64,000 bases of DNA, from assembly GCA_964433065.1 (NCBI GenBank), contig CAYSPZ010000001.1, forward strand, positions 28,651 through 92,650, given 5' to 3'. Origin of the DNA: an uncultured Eubacteriales bacterium (lineage in GTDB: Bacteria; Bacillota; Clostridia; Oscillospirales; Acutalibacteraceae). The notes below the pieces were generated by a model. That model saw only the letters and a list, made by a program, of their open reading frames with translations. It was not told where the DNA came from and searched no databases. The translations under genes were made by a program, and so were the position numbers. Shown one piece after another: positions 52,187-59,926 of the stretch. Position 1 is the first letter of the stretch. Every line of letters begins with the position of its first letter.

Positions 52187-52219
52187 GCAGGCGAAGCCGT
52201 TGGCTTCGCCTGCTTTTTT
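52187..52219. terminator. Bidirectional Rho-independent terminator
   Basis: GCAGGCGAAGCC GTT GGCTTCGCCTGC 12-bp stem flanked by AAAAAA and TTTTTT. Confidence 0.8.
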
Positions 52220-52221
52220 CG

Positions 52222-52461
52222 TTATGCTAACAATTGATCTGCCGAAATACCGAACACGTCGGCAAACGCAACGATCTCAATATCGGTCACAAACCGTTTT
52301 CCGCACTCGATCCGTTGCACGGCGTTTTTATCAATGTCCAACCCGACCAACTGTAACCTGTCCGCCAACGCCCGTTGGGAGATGCCCATCTGCATACGAT
52401 ACCGCGCTACATTCTTGCCGCAACGGTTATTCAGTCCTTCGTCGGTTTTGTTGATAAACAT
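52222..52461 (-). CDS. XRE-family helix-turn-helix transcriptional regulator (79 aa)
   Basis: ..VARYRMQMGISQRALADRLQLVGLDIDKNAVQRIECGKRFVTDIEIVAFADVFGIS.. is a Cro/C1-type HTH. The rest of the 185-aa ORF overlaps the permease gene and was rejected. Confidence 0.7.
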   Translation of the reverse strand: MFINKTDEGLNNRCGKNVARYRMQMGISQRALADRLQLVGLDIDKNAVQRIECGKRFVTDIEIVAFADVFGISADQLLA

Positions 52462-52497
52462 ACGCTTCCCTCGCTTTTGACATTCCGTGTTTTTCAA

Positions 52498-52532
52498 AAC
52501 GGACAGAGAATGCGTTGCATTCTCTGTCCGTT
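52498..52532 (-). terminator. Strong hairpin between the permease and XRE genes (terminator or attenuator)
   Basis: AACGGACAGAGAATGC / GCATTCTCTGTCCGTT perfect 16-bp stem with a 3-nt loop. On the minus strand only TTTGAAAAA follows, so the U-tract is weak. Confidence 0.45.
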
Positions 52533-52543
52533 TTCGTTTTGGT

Positions 52544-53815
52544 TTATGCCCCGAAGACCAGCCACAGGTAGATGTAGGCGGGGACGATCGCTGCCAGCGT
52601 GAAGGGGATGCCGATCTTGAAGAAGTCGCTGTTCTTGACGGTGTAGCCTTCGCGGCGAAGAATACCGATACCCGTGATGTTGGCGGACGCGCCGATGGGG
52701 GTACAGTTGCCGCCGAGGGTCGCGCCCGAAAGCAGACCGAAGTACAACACGGTCGGGTCGACGTTGAGCGCGGCGGCAAGACCGCCGATGACGGGGATCA
52801 TGGTCGCGACGTAGGGGATGTTATCGATGAATGCCGAGATGACCACCGAACCCCACACGACCACCGTGTACAGAAGGAAGATATTCCCGCCGCCGACCTT
52901 GGCAAGCAAGTTCGCCGCTGCGTCGATGACACCTTGTTCGGTGATACCGCCGATCATCAAAAACAGACCGAACAGTAAGCCGATGGTTTCAAAGTCGATG
53001 GTTTTGAGCGGTTCGACGATCGCGTCGAGGGTGCGTTTGCGCGCAAAGTTATACACAAGACCGACAACGAGCAGACCGCAACAGATGAGACCGTTGGTCA
53101 CGTCGGGTTTGTTCGGGATGAACGACGCGCAGATGAGTAACAGAATGGTGCCGAGCAACAGGATCGTAGGCACGTAATCGGTCACTTCGGTGCGCACACC
53201 CGTGCGCGGGATCGCATCTTTCTCTTTGCGGAACAGCCACAGTAAGATGATCGCGGATAACACCGCGCCGAGTTCCACCGCGAAGAACACACCTGGTCTG
53301 CCGTTGTACCAGAAGAAGTCCATAAAGGACATATCCAATGCCGAGCCGAGCATAATGGCGGTGGTGTCACCCACCAGCGTGGCGGCACCTTGCAGGTTGG
53401 AGGATACCGCGATGGCGATGATGAACGGGACGGGATTGGTTTTGAGTTTTTTACAGATCTCCAGCGCGACCGGCGCGATCATCAGTACGGTCGCGACGTT
53501 GTCCACAAACGCGGAGATGACACCCGCGAACAACGCCATCACCACCGCCGCCCATTGGACGTTCGGGACCCGTTCCATCAACAGGTCGGCGAGCAGTTCG
53601 GGCATACGGCTTTCGACAAACAGGGCGACGATGCCCATCGTACCCGCGATCATCAGCAGTACGTTAAAGTCGATCGCGCCGAAGACGTTTTGGAGCGGTA
53701 ACATACCCGTGACGATGAAGATGAGCGCCGATGCGATCGCGATATACGGACGGTATTTGGAGAAGACGAGCATCAGTACGTAGGTGACAGCAAACAAGAC
53801 AAGTGCCGGTATCAT
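52544..53815 (-). CDS. ArsB/NhaD-superfamily permease (YbiR/citrate-transporter-like)
   Basis: 423 aa and polytopic. ..FNVLLMIAGTMGIV..ISAFVDNVATVLMIAPV.. is typical of this ion-transporter superfamily. Confidence 0.6.
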   Translation of the reverse strand: MIPALVLFAVTYVLMLVFSKYRPYIAIASALIFIVTGMLPLQNVFGAIDFNVLLMIAGTMGIVALFVESRMPELLADLLMERVPNVQWAAVVMALFAGVISAFVDNVATVLMIAPVALEICKKLKTNPVPFIIAIAVSSNLQGAATLVGDTTAIMLGSALDMSFMDFFWYNGRPGVFFAVELGAVLSAIILLWLFRKEKDAIPRTGVRTEVTDYVPTILLLGTILLLICASFIPNKPDVTNGLICCGLLVVGLVYNFARKRTLDAIVEPLKTIDFETIGLLFGLFLMIGGITEQGVIDAAANLLAKVGGGNIFLLYTVVVWGSVVISAFIDNIPYVATMIPVIGGLAAALNVDPTVLYFGLLSGATLGGNCTPIGASANITGIGILRREGYTVKNSDFFKIGIPFTLAAIVPAYIYLWLVFGA

Positions 53816-53872
53816 ACAACATCCCTCTTTTCACATTTTTATCAGTGTACCATATTTTAAGGAATGATGCAA

Positions 53873-55285
53873 CTATATTTCTTCGATCTTGATGAGGTTG
53901 GTGTTGCCCGACTGACCGGTCGTGTCACCGCCGGTGATGATGATCTTATCGCCTTTTTTGAGCGAGAGGGTCTGTTCGGCGATCTTTTTGGCGGTGTAGA
54001 ACAGCACGTCGGTAGAGGTAAATTTCTCGCACATGGCGGGGGTCACACCCCACGACAGGGAGAGTTTCCGCCAGGTATTTTCGTCGGTGGTCAGACCGAT
54101 GATCGGGACGGGAGAACGGAAACGGGAAACCATTCGCGCGGTCATACCCGACAACGAACAGGCGACGATGGCTTTCGCGCCGATATCGATCGCCATACCG
54201 CAGGTGGAATGGGAGATGGCGTCCACCGCGTTGCGGATCTGAAATTCGTTGCGGTAGAACCGTTTGTTGTAGTGAATGTTCTGTTCCGCCGTTTTTGCGA
54301 TCTTCGCCATGGTGGCGACCGCTTCGACGGGATATTTCCCCGCCGCCGTTTCGCCCGACAACATAATCGCGCTGGTCCCGTCGTACACCGCGTTGGCGAC
54401 GTCGGAGATCTCCGCACGGGTGGGGCGGGGATTCTGGATCATGGATTCCAGCATTTCGGTGGCGGTGATCACCCGTTTACCGAGCATACGGCATTTGGTG
54501 ATCAGTTTTTTCTGAATGGCGGGGAGTTGTTCAAACGGGATCTCCACACCCATATCGCCGCGCGCGACCATGATCCCGTCGCACACTTCGCAGATCTCCT
54601 CAATGTGATCAAACCCCGACTGATTTTCGATCTTGGCGATCAGTTCGATGTGGTCGGCACCGATCTCTTTCAGGTATTCGTGCACGTCGACGAGATCCTG
54701 CTTTTTCGACACGAACGAACACGCGATGTAGTCCACCCCGTTTTGAACACCGAACGCAATATCCTGCTTGTCCTGTTCGGACAGGTACGGTTGGGTCATC
54801 ACCTTGCCGGGGAAACTCATACTTTTACGGTCGGACAGTTCACCGCCGAATACCACGCGGGTATCAATACGGTCGTCACAGATGGCGGTGACCGTAAACG
54901 ACAGCAGACCGTTGTTCAGCAGAATGGTATCCCCCACGTCGAGTTCGCGGGGTAGGTCAGCGTAACTGACCGACACTTCCCGTTCGTTGCCCACCACCTG
55001 TGCGGTGGTAAAGGTGAAGGGATCCCCCTCGTTCAACTGCACCTTCCCGTTTTCGAAGGTGCCGATACGGTATTCGGGACCCTTGGTATCCAACATCACC
55101 GCAATCGGCATTTGCAGATCGGTACGTACCTTTTTGATCATATCAATGCGCCGTTGATGGTCGGCGTGGGTATTGTGAGAAAAGTTGAGGCGGGCAACGT
55201 TCATACCCGCTTTACACATACCGATAAGTGTCTGTTCGTCGTTACACGCGGGACCGAGCGTGCAGACGATCTTGGTTTTGCGCAT
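53873..55285 (-). CDS. pyk: Pyruvate kinase
   Basis: MRKTKIVCTLGPA..MNVARLNFSHN..MLDTKGPEYRIG..ARGDMGVEIP..TATEMLESM are canonical PK motifs. Start moved from 55528 to 55285. Confidence 0.9.
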   Translation of the reverse strand: MRKTKIVCTLGPACNDEQTLIGMCKAGMNVARLNFSHNTHADHQRRIDMIKKVRTDLQMPIAVMLDTKGPEYRIGTFENGKVQLNEGDPFTFTTAQVVGNEREVSVSYADLPRELDVGDTILLNNGLLSFTVTAICDDRIDTRVVFGGELSDRKSMSFPGKVMTQPYLSEQDKQDIAFGVQNGVDYIACSFVSKKQDLVDVHEYLKEIGADHIELIAKIENQSGFDHIEEICEVCDGIMVARGDMGVEIPFEQLPAIQKKLITKCRMLGKRVITATEMLESMIQNPRPTRAEISDVANAVYDGTSAIMLSGETAAGKYPVEAVATMAKIAKTAEQNIHYNKRFYRNEFQIRNAVDAISHSTCGMAIDIGAKAIVACSLSGMTARMVSRFRSPVPIIGLTTDENTWRKLSLSWGVTPAMCEKFTSTDVLFYTAKKIAEQTLSLKKGDKIIITGGDTTGQSGNTNLIKIEEI

Positions 55286-55347
55286 ACTATCACTCCGTTT
55301 CGGTATTAGTATACACCGCCGCGACGAAAAACACCATACCGTTTCGG

Positions 55348-55376
55348 TTGATTTTTTTACATATATATGATAAAAT
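55348..55376 (+). promoter_or_regulatory. Candidate promoter of the cytidylyltransferase gene
   Basis: TTGATT, 17 nt, TAAAAT preceded by TGA (extended -10), 26 nt before the ATG at 55402. Confidence 0.5.
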
Positions 55377-55401
55377 AGCGAAAAAGCGAGGTGAACAACG
55401 T

Positions 55402-56112
55402 ATGATCTTTGGTGCGATACTGGCGGGCGGTACGGGTACGCGGATGGGATCGGCACCGCTTCCCAAACAGTTTTTACCGCTCGGTGACAAACCGATCTTG
55501 TTTCATTCGTTGGACACCTTTTTGTCATACGACGGGTTGGACGCGGTGTATATCGGCATTCATCCCGATTGGGAGGACTATCTGTGCGAACTCATCGACG
55601 CGCGGTATACAGGTGCGGTACGCGAACGCATCCACGTTGCGGTAGGCGGCAGCGACCGTCATCAATCGTTGCTCAACGTCATTGCCGCAATCGAGGACGC
55701 GTACGGTGAGAGTGACGAGCATATCCTGGTCACCCACGACGCGGTACGTCCGTTCGTGACAGCGCGAATGATCGAGGAGAACATCGCCGCCGCGCGGGAA
55801 TACGGCGCGGTCAACACAGTGATCCCGTCGGTGGATACCATGCTGTATTCCGAAAACGGCGAGGTGATCGACCGTGTCGCCGACCGTACGCGATTGTATC
55901 ACGCGCAAACACCGCAATCCTTTCAAATGTCACTGCTCAGATCGTTGTACCGCTCGCTGGATGCCGAAAAGATCGCGCGGCTGACCGACGCGTGTTCGGT
56001 GTTCGTGGCGCACGGGAAAACGGTGCGGCTCGTACAAGGCGATCCGCAAAACCTCAAGATCACCACACCCGCCGATTACGCGATCGCACAAGCGTTAATG
56101 AAAAATCCCTGA
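55402..56112 (+). CDS. IspD/TarI-family cytidylyltransferase, closest in pattern to ribitol-5-phosphate cytidylyltransferase TarI
   Basis: AILAGGTGTRMGSAPLPKQFLPLGDKPIL..VTHDAVRPF..HAQTPQSF..NLKITTPAD follows the TarI sequence I recall more closely than IspD (AAGxGxRM). Confidence 0.7.
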   Translation: MIFGAILAGGTGTRMGSAPLPKQFLPLGDKPILFHSLDTFLSYDGLDAVYIGIHPDWEDYLCELIDARYTGAVRERIHVAVGGSDRHQSLLNVIAAIEDAYGESDEHILVTHDAVRPFVTARMIEENIAAAREYGAVNTVIPSVDTMLYSENGEVIDRVADRTRLYHAQTPQSFQMSLLRSLYRSLDAEKIARLTDACSVFVAHGKTVRLVQGDPQNLKITTPADYAIAQALMKNP

Positions 56113-56136
56113 CACGACGTGTCAGGGATTTGTTTT
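56107..56136. terminator. Bidirectional terminator between convergent genes
   Basis: CCCTGACAC GAC GTGTCAGGG 9-bp stem followed by ATTTGTTTT. It overlaps both stop codons. Confidence 0.6.
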
Positions 56137-56590
56137 ATGTTTTATCCATCAGTTTGCGGATCTCCGCCTGGAACGAGTTGATATCTTTGAATTGACGGTA
56201 GACCGACGCGAAACGGACGTATGCCACCTCGTCGATCTTTTTGAGCGCTTCCATCGTGTATTCGCCGATCTGTTCGGTGGACACTTCCTTGTCGAGCGAG
56301 TTCTGGATACGCATCTCGATATCGGCGATGGCGTTTTCCAGCGTCTGTAACGTGACGGGACGTTTCTGACAGGCGCGGAGCATACCGTTTAACAGTTTGG
56401 TACGGTCAAACAGTTCGCGCGATCCGTCTTTTTTGACCACGACCAGCGGTACACTTTCAACCATCTCGTAGGTGGTAAACCGCTTGGCGCATTTCAAACA
56501 TTCGCGGCGGCGGCGGATACGGGTACCTTCGTCGGTAGGACGGGAATCGATAACTTTACTGTCTTCGGTTCCGCAAAACGGGCATTTCAT
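56135..56590 (-). CDS. nrdR: Transcriptional repressor NrdR
   Basis: [32 protein letters not shown] zinc ribbon plus an ATP-cone C-terminus. Confidence 0.9.
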   Translation of the reverse strand: MKCPFCGTEDSKVIDSRPTDEGTRIRRRRECLKCAKRFTTYEMVESVPLVVVKKDGSRELFDRTKLLNGMLRACQKRPVTLQTLENAIADIEMRIQNSLDKEVSTEQIGEYTMEALKKIDEVAYVRFASVYRQFKDINSFQAEIRKLMDKT

Positions 56591-56705
56591 CGGTGAACGC
56601 TCCCTTCACTAACTCAATACACGGTTATTGTACCACAAAGTATCGTGGTTGTGCAAGTAATTTTTTCATTTACGTACATACTAATCCCGTAACGGAGGCT
56701 TTGTT

Positions 56706-57269
56706 ATGTACGGTATTATCAAACGGATGCTGGATCTGTGTTTGTCGGTGCTGTTGCTTATTTTACTCGCACCGCTTTTTTTGATCGTATTCGCCGCCAT
56801 CCGCCGTGACGGGGACGGCGCGGTATTGTTTCGTCAAGAACGCGTCGGGCGGTACGGCAAACCGTTTACCATTTACAAGTTCCGCACCATGTCGGTCAAA
56901 GCACCCAACGTCCCGTCGGCGCAGATGAGTGACGGGTATCTCACCGAAACGGGGCGGTTGCTCCGACAAACCAGTCTGGACGAGTTACCGCAACTGTTCA
57001 ACGTATTAAAAGGGGATATGAGTTTTGTCGGACCCCGTCCGGTGATCCCGTGTGAAGAGGAATTGTTGTCGTTGCGCCGAAAACTCGGTGCCGACCGCGT
57101 ACTGCCGGGGATCACGGGACTGGCGCAGATCCTCGGTCGGGACGACGTCGCGCCCAAGCGGAAAGCGGAATACGATGCCGAATACGCGCGGCGGTGTTCG
57201 TTCTGGTTGGACGTGCGCATCTTTTTAGCATCGGTGAGCGCAGTATTAACGCGCGACGGTGCGCACTGA
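56706..57269 (+). CDS. Second small phosphoglycosyl transferase (bacterial sugar transferase family)
   Basis: KRMLDLCLSVLLLILLAPLF..VLFRQERVGRYGKPFTIYKFRTM..DELPQLFNVLKGDMSFVGPRP. Confidence 0.85.
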   Translation: MYGIIKRMLDLCLSVLLLILLAPLFLIVFAAIRRDGDGAVLFRQERVGRYGKPFTIYKFRTMSVKAPNVPSAQMSDGYLTETGRLLRQTSLDELPQLFNVLKGDMSFVGPRPVIPCEEELLSLRRKLGADRVLPGITGLAQILGRDDVAPKRKAEYDAEYARRCSFWLDVRIFLASVSAVLTRDGAH

Positions 57270-57313
57270 GTCAAGCCTTCCTGCATACTGTGTGTAGGAA
57301 GGGAGTGGTGACC

Positions 57314-58357
57314 GTGCAATTCTTTTTGGGAAGCAACACACCGTCGGGATTTCGGCATACCGCCGCCGAGTTGTACAGTGTCAAAGAGGGGTATCGCACC
57401 TATCTGTTATACGGTGCGGCGGGGTCGGGGAAATCCACCCTGCTCAAACGGGTATACGAGCGTCTGCGTGAAACCGATGAGGGGTGCGTATATCGGTGTT
57501 CGTCCGATCCCGATTCGTGGGACGGGGTGTGTTTTGAGGGAGCGCGGTGTTGCGTGTTGGACGCGACCGCGCCGCATACGGTCACACCGTCGTTGCTCGG
57601 CGGGTGTGAGCAATTGGTGCCGCTCACCGTCTGTACCGACGAACGGGTATTGTACCCCGAACGCGAGCGGATGCGGCAACTCACCGAGCAAAGCGCCGAA
57701 GGGCATTTGCGGTGTCGGCGGTTGCTTACGGGTGCGGCACAACAGTTGAGCGAAAATGAACGGCGGATGCGGGAACGGTTGGACTTGGATAAACTGGTAG
57801 CGTTCGCCGAGCGGTTGGCGCACGACGAGGCGGTACCGTGTGACGAGCCGTATCTCAAGCGGCGGTATCTGGCGGCGATCACCCCGCACGGGTTGCAGGT
57901 GCGGTGGGACACGGTACAGGCACTTTGTCCGCGCATTTACGTCATCGTGGACGAAGACGGTGCCGCCGCGACGCTTCTGATGCAGACGTTGTTACATAAA
58001 ACGGCGGGGATGGGGCGGATCGCCTGTCCTTCTCCCCTGTTCCCCGACCGTCGGTTGAACGCGTTGTTGTTGCCGCAGACGGGGACGGCGTTCGTGGTAT
58101 CGGATGCGCGGTTCACGGTGGATTTTCCCGTCTACCGCCGCATTCACGCGACGCGGTTTTACACCGACGACGGGGATCGTCAAAAGCGGTCGTTTTGCCG
58201 TCGCGCCGCCGACGAGATGTTAAACGGCGCGGCAGAGGCGATGGCGGATGCCGCCGCCGCACACCGTGAACTGGAACACATCGTCGGCGCGGCGACCGAT
58301 TGGGACGCGGTAACACAGATGGGCGAACGGCTTTTGACGACGATTGCATCGCCCTGA
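57314..58357 (+). CDS. Uncharacterised P-loop NTPase
   Basis: Walker A motif YGAAGSGKSTLL about 30 aa into the protein. The start is uncertain: GTG at 57305, 57308 or 57314 after AGGAAGGGAG. The longer ORF from 57194 overlaps the upstream gene. Confidence 0.45.
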   Translation: MQFFLGSNTPSGFRHTAAELYSVKEGYRTYLLYGAAGSGKSTLLKRVYERLRETDEGCVYRCSSDPDSWDGVCFEGARCCVLDATAPHTVTPSLLGGCEQLVPLTVCTDERVLYPERERMRQLTEQSAEGHLRCRRLLTGAAQQLSENERRMRERLDLDKLVAFAERLAHDEAVPCDEPYLKRRYLAAITPHGLQVRWDTVQALCPRIYVIVDEDGAAATLLMQTLLHKTAGMGRIACPSPLFPDRRLNALLLPQTGTAFVVSDARFTVDFPVYRRIHATRFYTDDGDRQKRSFCRRAADEMLNGAAEAMADAAAAHRELEHIVGAATDWDAVTQMGERLLTTIASP

Positions 58358-58373
58358 TATTCCGTACGATTTT

Positions 58374-58562
58374 TGTCTTGCACCCGCCCCCCTTGCCTAA
58401 AGGGGGGTGGATTTTTGCGTAGCAAAAAGACGGGGGGATATTCTAATTTGTGGAAGAAAACAAAGGGTAAGACATTAGCCTTAGTGGCAACCCCTCCGTC
58501 ACGGCGAAGCCGTGACACCTCCCCTTACACAGGGGAGGCGAAAAACGGGCGGGCACAAGACA
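58374..58562. repeat. Multi-hairpin element closed by an imperfect 16-bp inverted repeat, in the 3' region of the P-loop gene
   Basis: TGTCTTGCACCCGCCC (58374-58389) pairs with GGGCGGGCACAAGACA (58547-58562) at 14 of 16 positions. Internal hairpins lie at 58387-58407 (CCCCCCTT/AAGGGGGG), 58412-58428, 58498-58516 (GTCACGGC/GCCGTGAC) and 58518-58538 (CCTCCCC/GGGGAGG). Confidence 0.5.
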
Positions 58563-58580
58563 TTAATTAGGCAGACAAAA

Positions 58581-58617
58581 AGCGCATAGGATCGTCCTAT
58601 GCGCTTATCTTTTTTTA
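58581..58617. terminator. Bidirectional Rho-independent terminator
   Basis: AGCGCATAGGA TCG TCCTATGCGCT 11-bp stem, A-rich upstream and with TTTTTTT downstream, between convergent genes. Confidence 0.75.
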
Positions 58618-59532
58618 TTTTTCTTCCTCTTTGACGGGGCGGAAGCCGTTGCCGAACACTTCGTCGGTGGTGGTGACGATGACGAAGGCGGCGGGATCGA
58701 TGTCGGCGACCAGACGGCGCAGGGCATACAGTTGTGACGGGCGCACCGCACAGAGCAACACCTTGCGGGGTTCGCCGCTGTACGCGCCGACGCTTTCGAG
58801 TTTGGTACAACCGCGTCCGAGTTTTTGTATCACCGCGGCGGCGATCTCGTCTTCCTTGGTGCTCATAATCAGCGCCATCTTGCCGACGTTACCGCCGTAG
58901 ACGACCGCGTCCATCACGCGCGAAGACACGAAAATGAGAATGACCGCGTACATGGCGGACGACACGTCGCGGAACACGAATGCCGCGAGGGCGACCACCG
59001 TCGCGTCCACCATCAGAATGATACGGCCGACCGACAGGTGGGGAAACCGACGTTCGAGCAGGCGGGCGATGATCTCACTGCCTCCGGTACACGAACCGCG
59101 CAAAAGCAACAGTCCCAGACCGAACCCCATCAGCAGTCCCCCGAAGATGGGGACGAGCAGGGAATCTTCCTTGACGAAGGTGGGAACGTACGGGGTGAGC
59201 AGGTCAATGGCAGCCGACGCCCAGACCGTACAAAATACGGTGCGCACCGTAAACGCGCGTCCGCCCTTGAACCACGACGCAATGAGCAACGGGATATTGA
59301 GCACCAGAATGGTGGTACCGATGGGGATACGCGCGTCTAAAAAGTTTAAGACGGTGGCGATACCCGTCAGTCCGCCGGGGGCGATATGGTTGGGTGCGGT
59401 AAAGATGATTACCGACAACGCGTACGCGATACCGCCGACGAGGTAACACAGCACGTCCAACAAAAACCGACCGACGGCGGCACCGCTTATCTTTCGCTTT
59501 TCACGGGGTTTGCGTTCTTTGCGCCGTTTCAT
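58615..59532 (-). CDS. YitT-family membrane protein (DUF161/DUF2179)
   Basis: ..YALSVIIFTAPNHIAPGGLTGIATVLNF.. and a soluble C-terminal domain, typical of the YitT family. ATGA overlap with mrnC. Confidence 0.75.
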   Translation of the reverse strand: MKRRKERKPREKRKISGAAVGRFLLDVLCYLVGGIAYALSVIIFTAPNHIAPGGLTGIATVLNFLDARIPIGTTILVLNIPLLIASWFKGGRAFTVRTVFCTVWASAAIDLLTPYVPTFVKEDSLLVPIFGGLLMGFGLGLLLLRGSCTGGSEIIARLLERRFPHLSVGRIILMVDATVVALAAFVFRDVSSAMYAVILIFVSSRVMDAVVYGGNVGKMALIMSTKEDEIAAAVIQKLGRGCTKLESVGAYSGEPRKVLLCAVRPSQLYALRRLVADIDPAAFVIVTTTDEVFGNGFRPVKEEEK

Positions 59533-59915
59533 TTCGGTTCCTCCTCGATGGCGAGTAAAAACAGTTCCCGCACACGATCGAGGTTGCCCGACAGGTACAG
59601 GTACCCGAACAACGCTTCCAATCCCGTGGCTTTGTGGTAACCGTCGCCGCTACGGGAAGTATGCGCGTTTCGTCCGCGTTTATACACCGCGACCTCCTGC
59701 TCGGTCAGATGGGGCATCAGGCGGTCGACCGCCTGTGCCTGTGCTTCGGCGCGTACCAGCGTGACCGAAAGTTTATGCAGTTCTTTGTTGGGGCGGTTGG
59801 CAAGCGATACCAACCGTTCCCGTACCATCAATTCGTACACACCGTCCCCCACGAACGCTAAATTGAGCGGACTGATCGTGCGCAGATCGACCTCGAGCGG
59901 TAATAAACGTTCCAT
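59529..59915 (-). CDS. mrnC: Mini-ribonuclease 3
   Basis: LNLAFVGDGVYELMVRERL..YKRGRNA.. in a 128-aa protein is the Mini-III signature. Confidence 0.85.
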   Translation of the reverse strand: MERLLPLEVDLRTISPLNLAFVGDGVYELMVRERLVSLANRPNKELHKLSVTLVRAEAQAQAVDRLMPHLTEQEVAVYKRGRNAHTSRSGDGYHKATGLEALFGYLYLSGNLDRVRELFLLAIEEEPK

Positions 59916-59926
59916 ATGACACCTCG

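Noticed and set aside
52462-52779. The upstream part of the 185-aa minus-strand ORF 52222-52779.
   Set aside because: It overlaps the 3' end of the ArsB/NhaD-type permease gene in another frame and is Pro/Ser/Arg-rich. Only the last 79 aa form a Cro/C1-type HTH with its own ATG.
55286-55347. The direct repeat CCGTTTCGGT (about 55303 and 55339) in the pyk/tarI-like divergent region as a cre or other operator.
   Set aside because: It does not resemble the cre consensus (TGNAANCGNTTNCA). It is short enough to occur by chance, and nothing else supports a function.
55286-55528. N-terminal extensions offered by the ORF track. Examples are pyk from 55528, the NagA-like gene from 30191, DUF1667 from 20795, AraC from 44349, SIS from 32940, ptsH from 61802, rimM from 63204, the EpsG-like gene from 8480 and the epimerase from 15186.
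   Set aside because: The extensions overlap upstream genes or promoter regions and are not protein-like. The conserved N-termini begin at internal ATG or GTG codons with proper RBS spacing or stop/start coupling.
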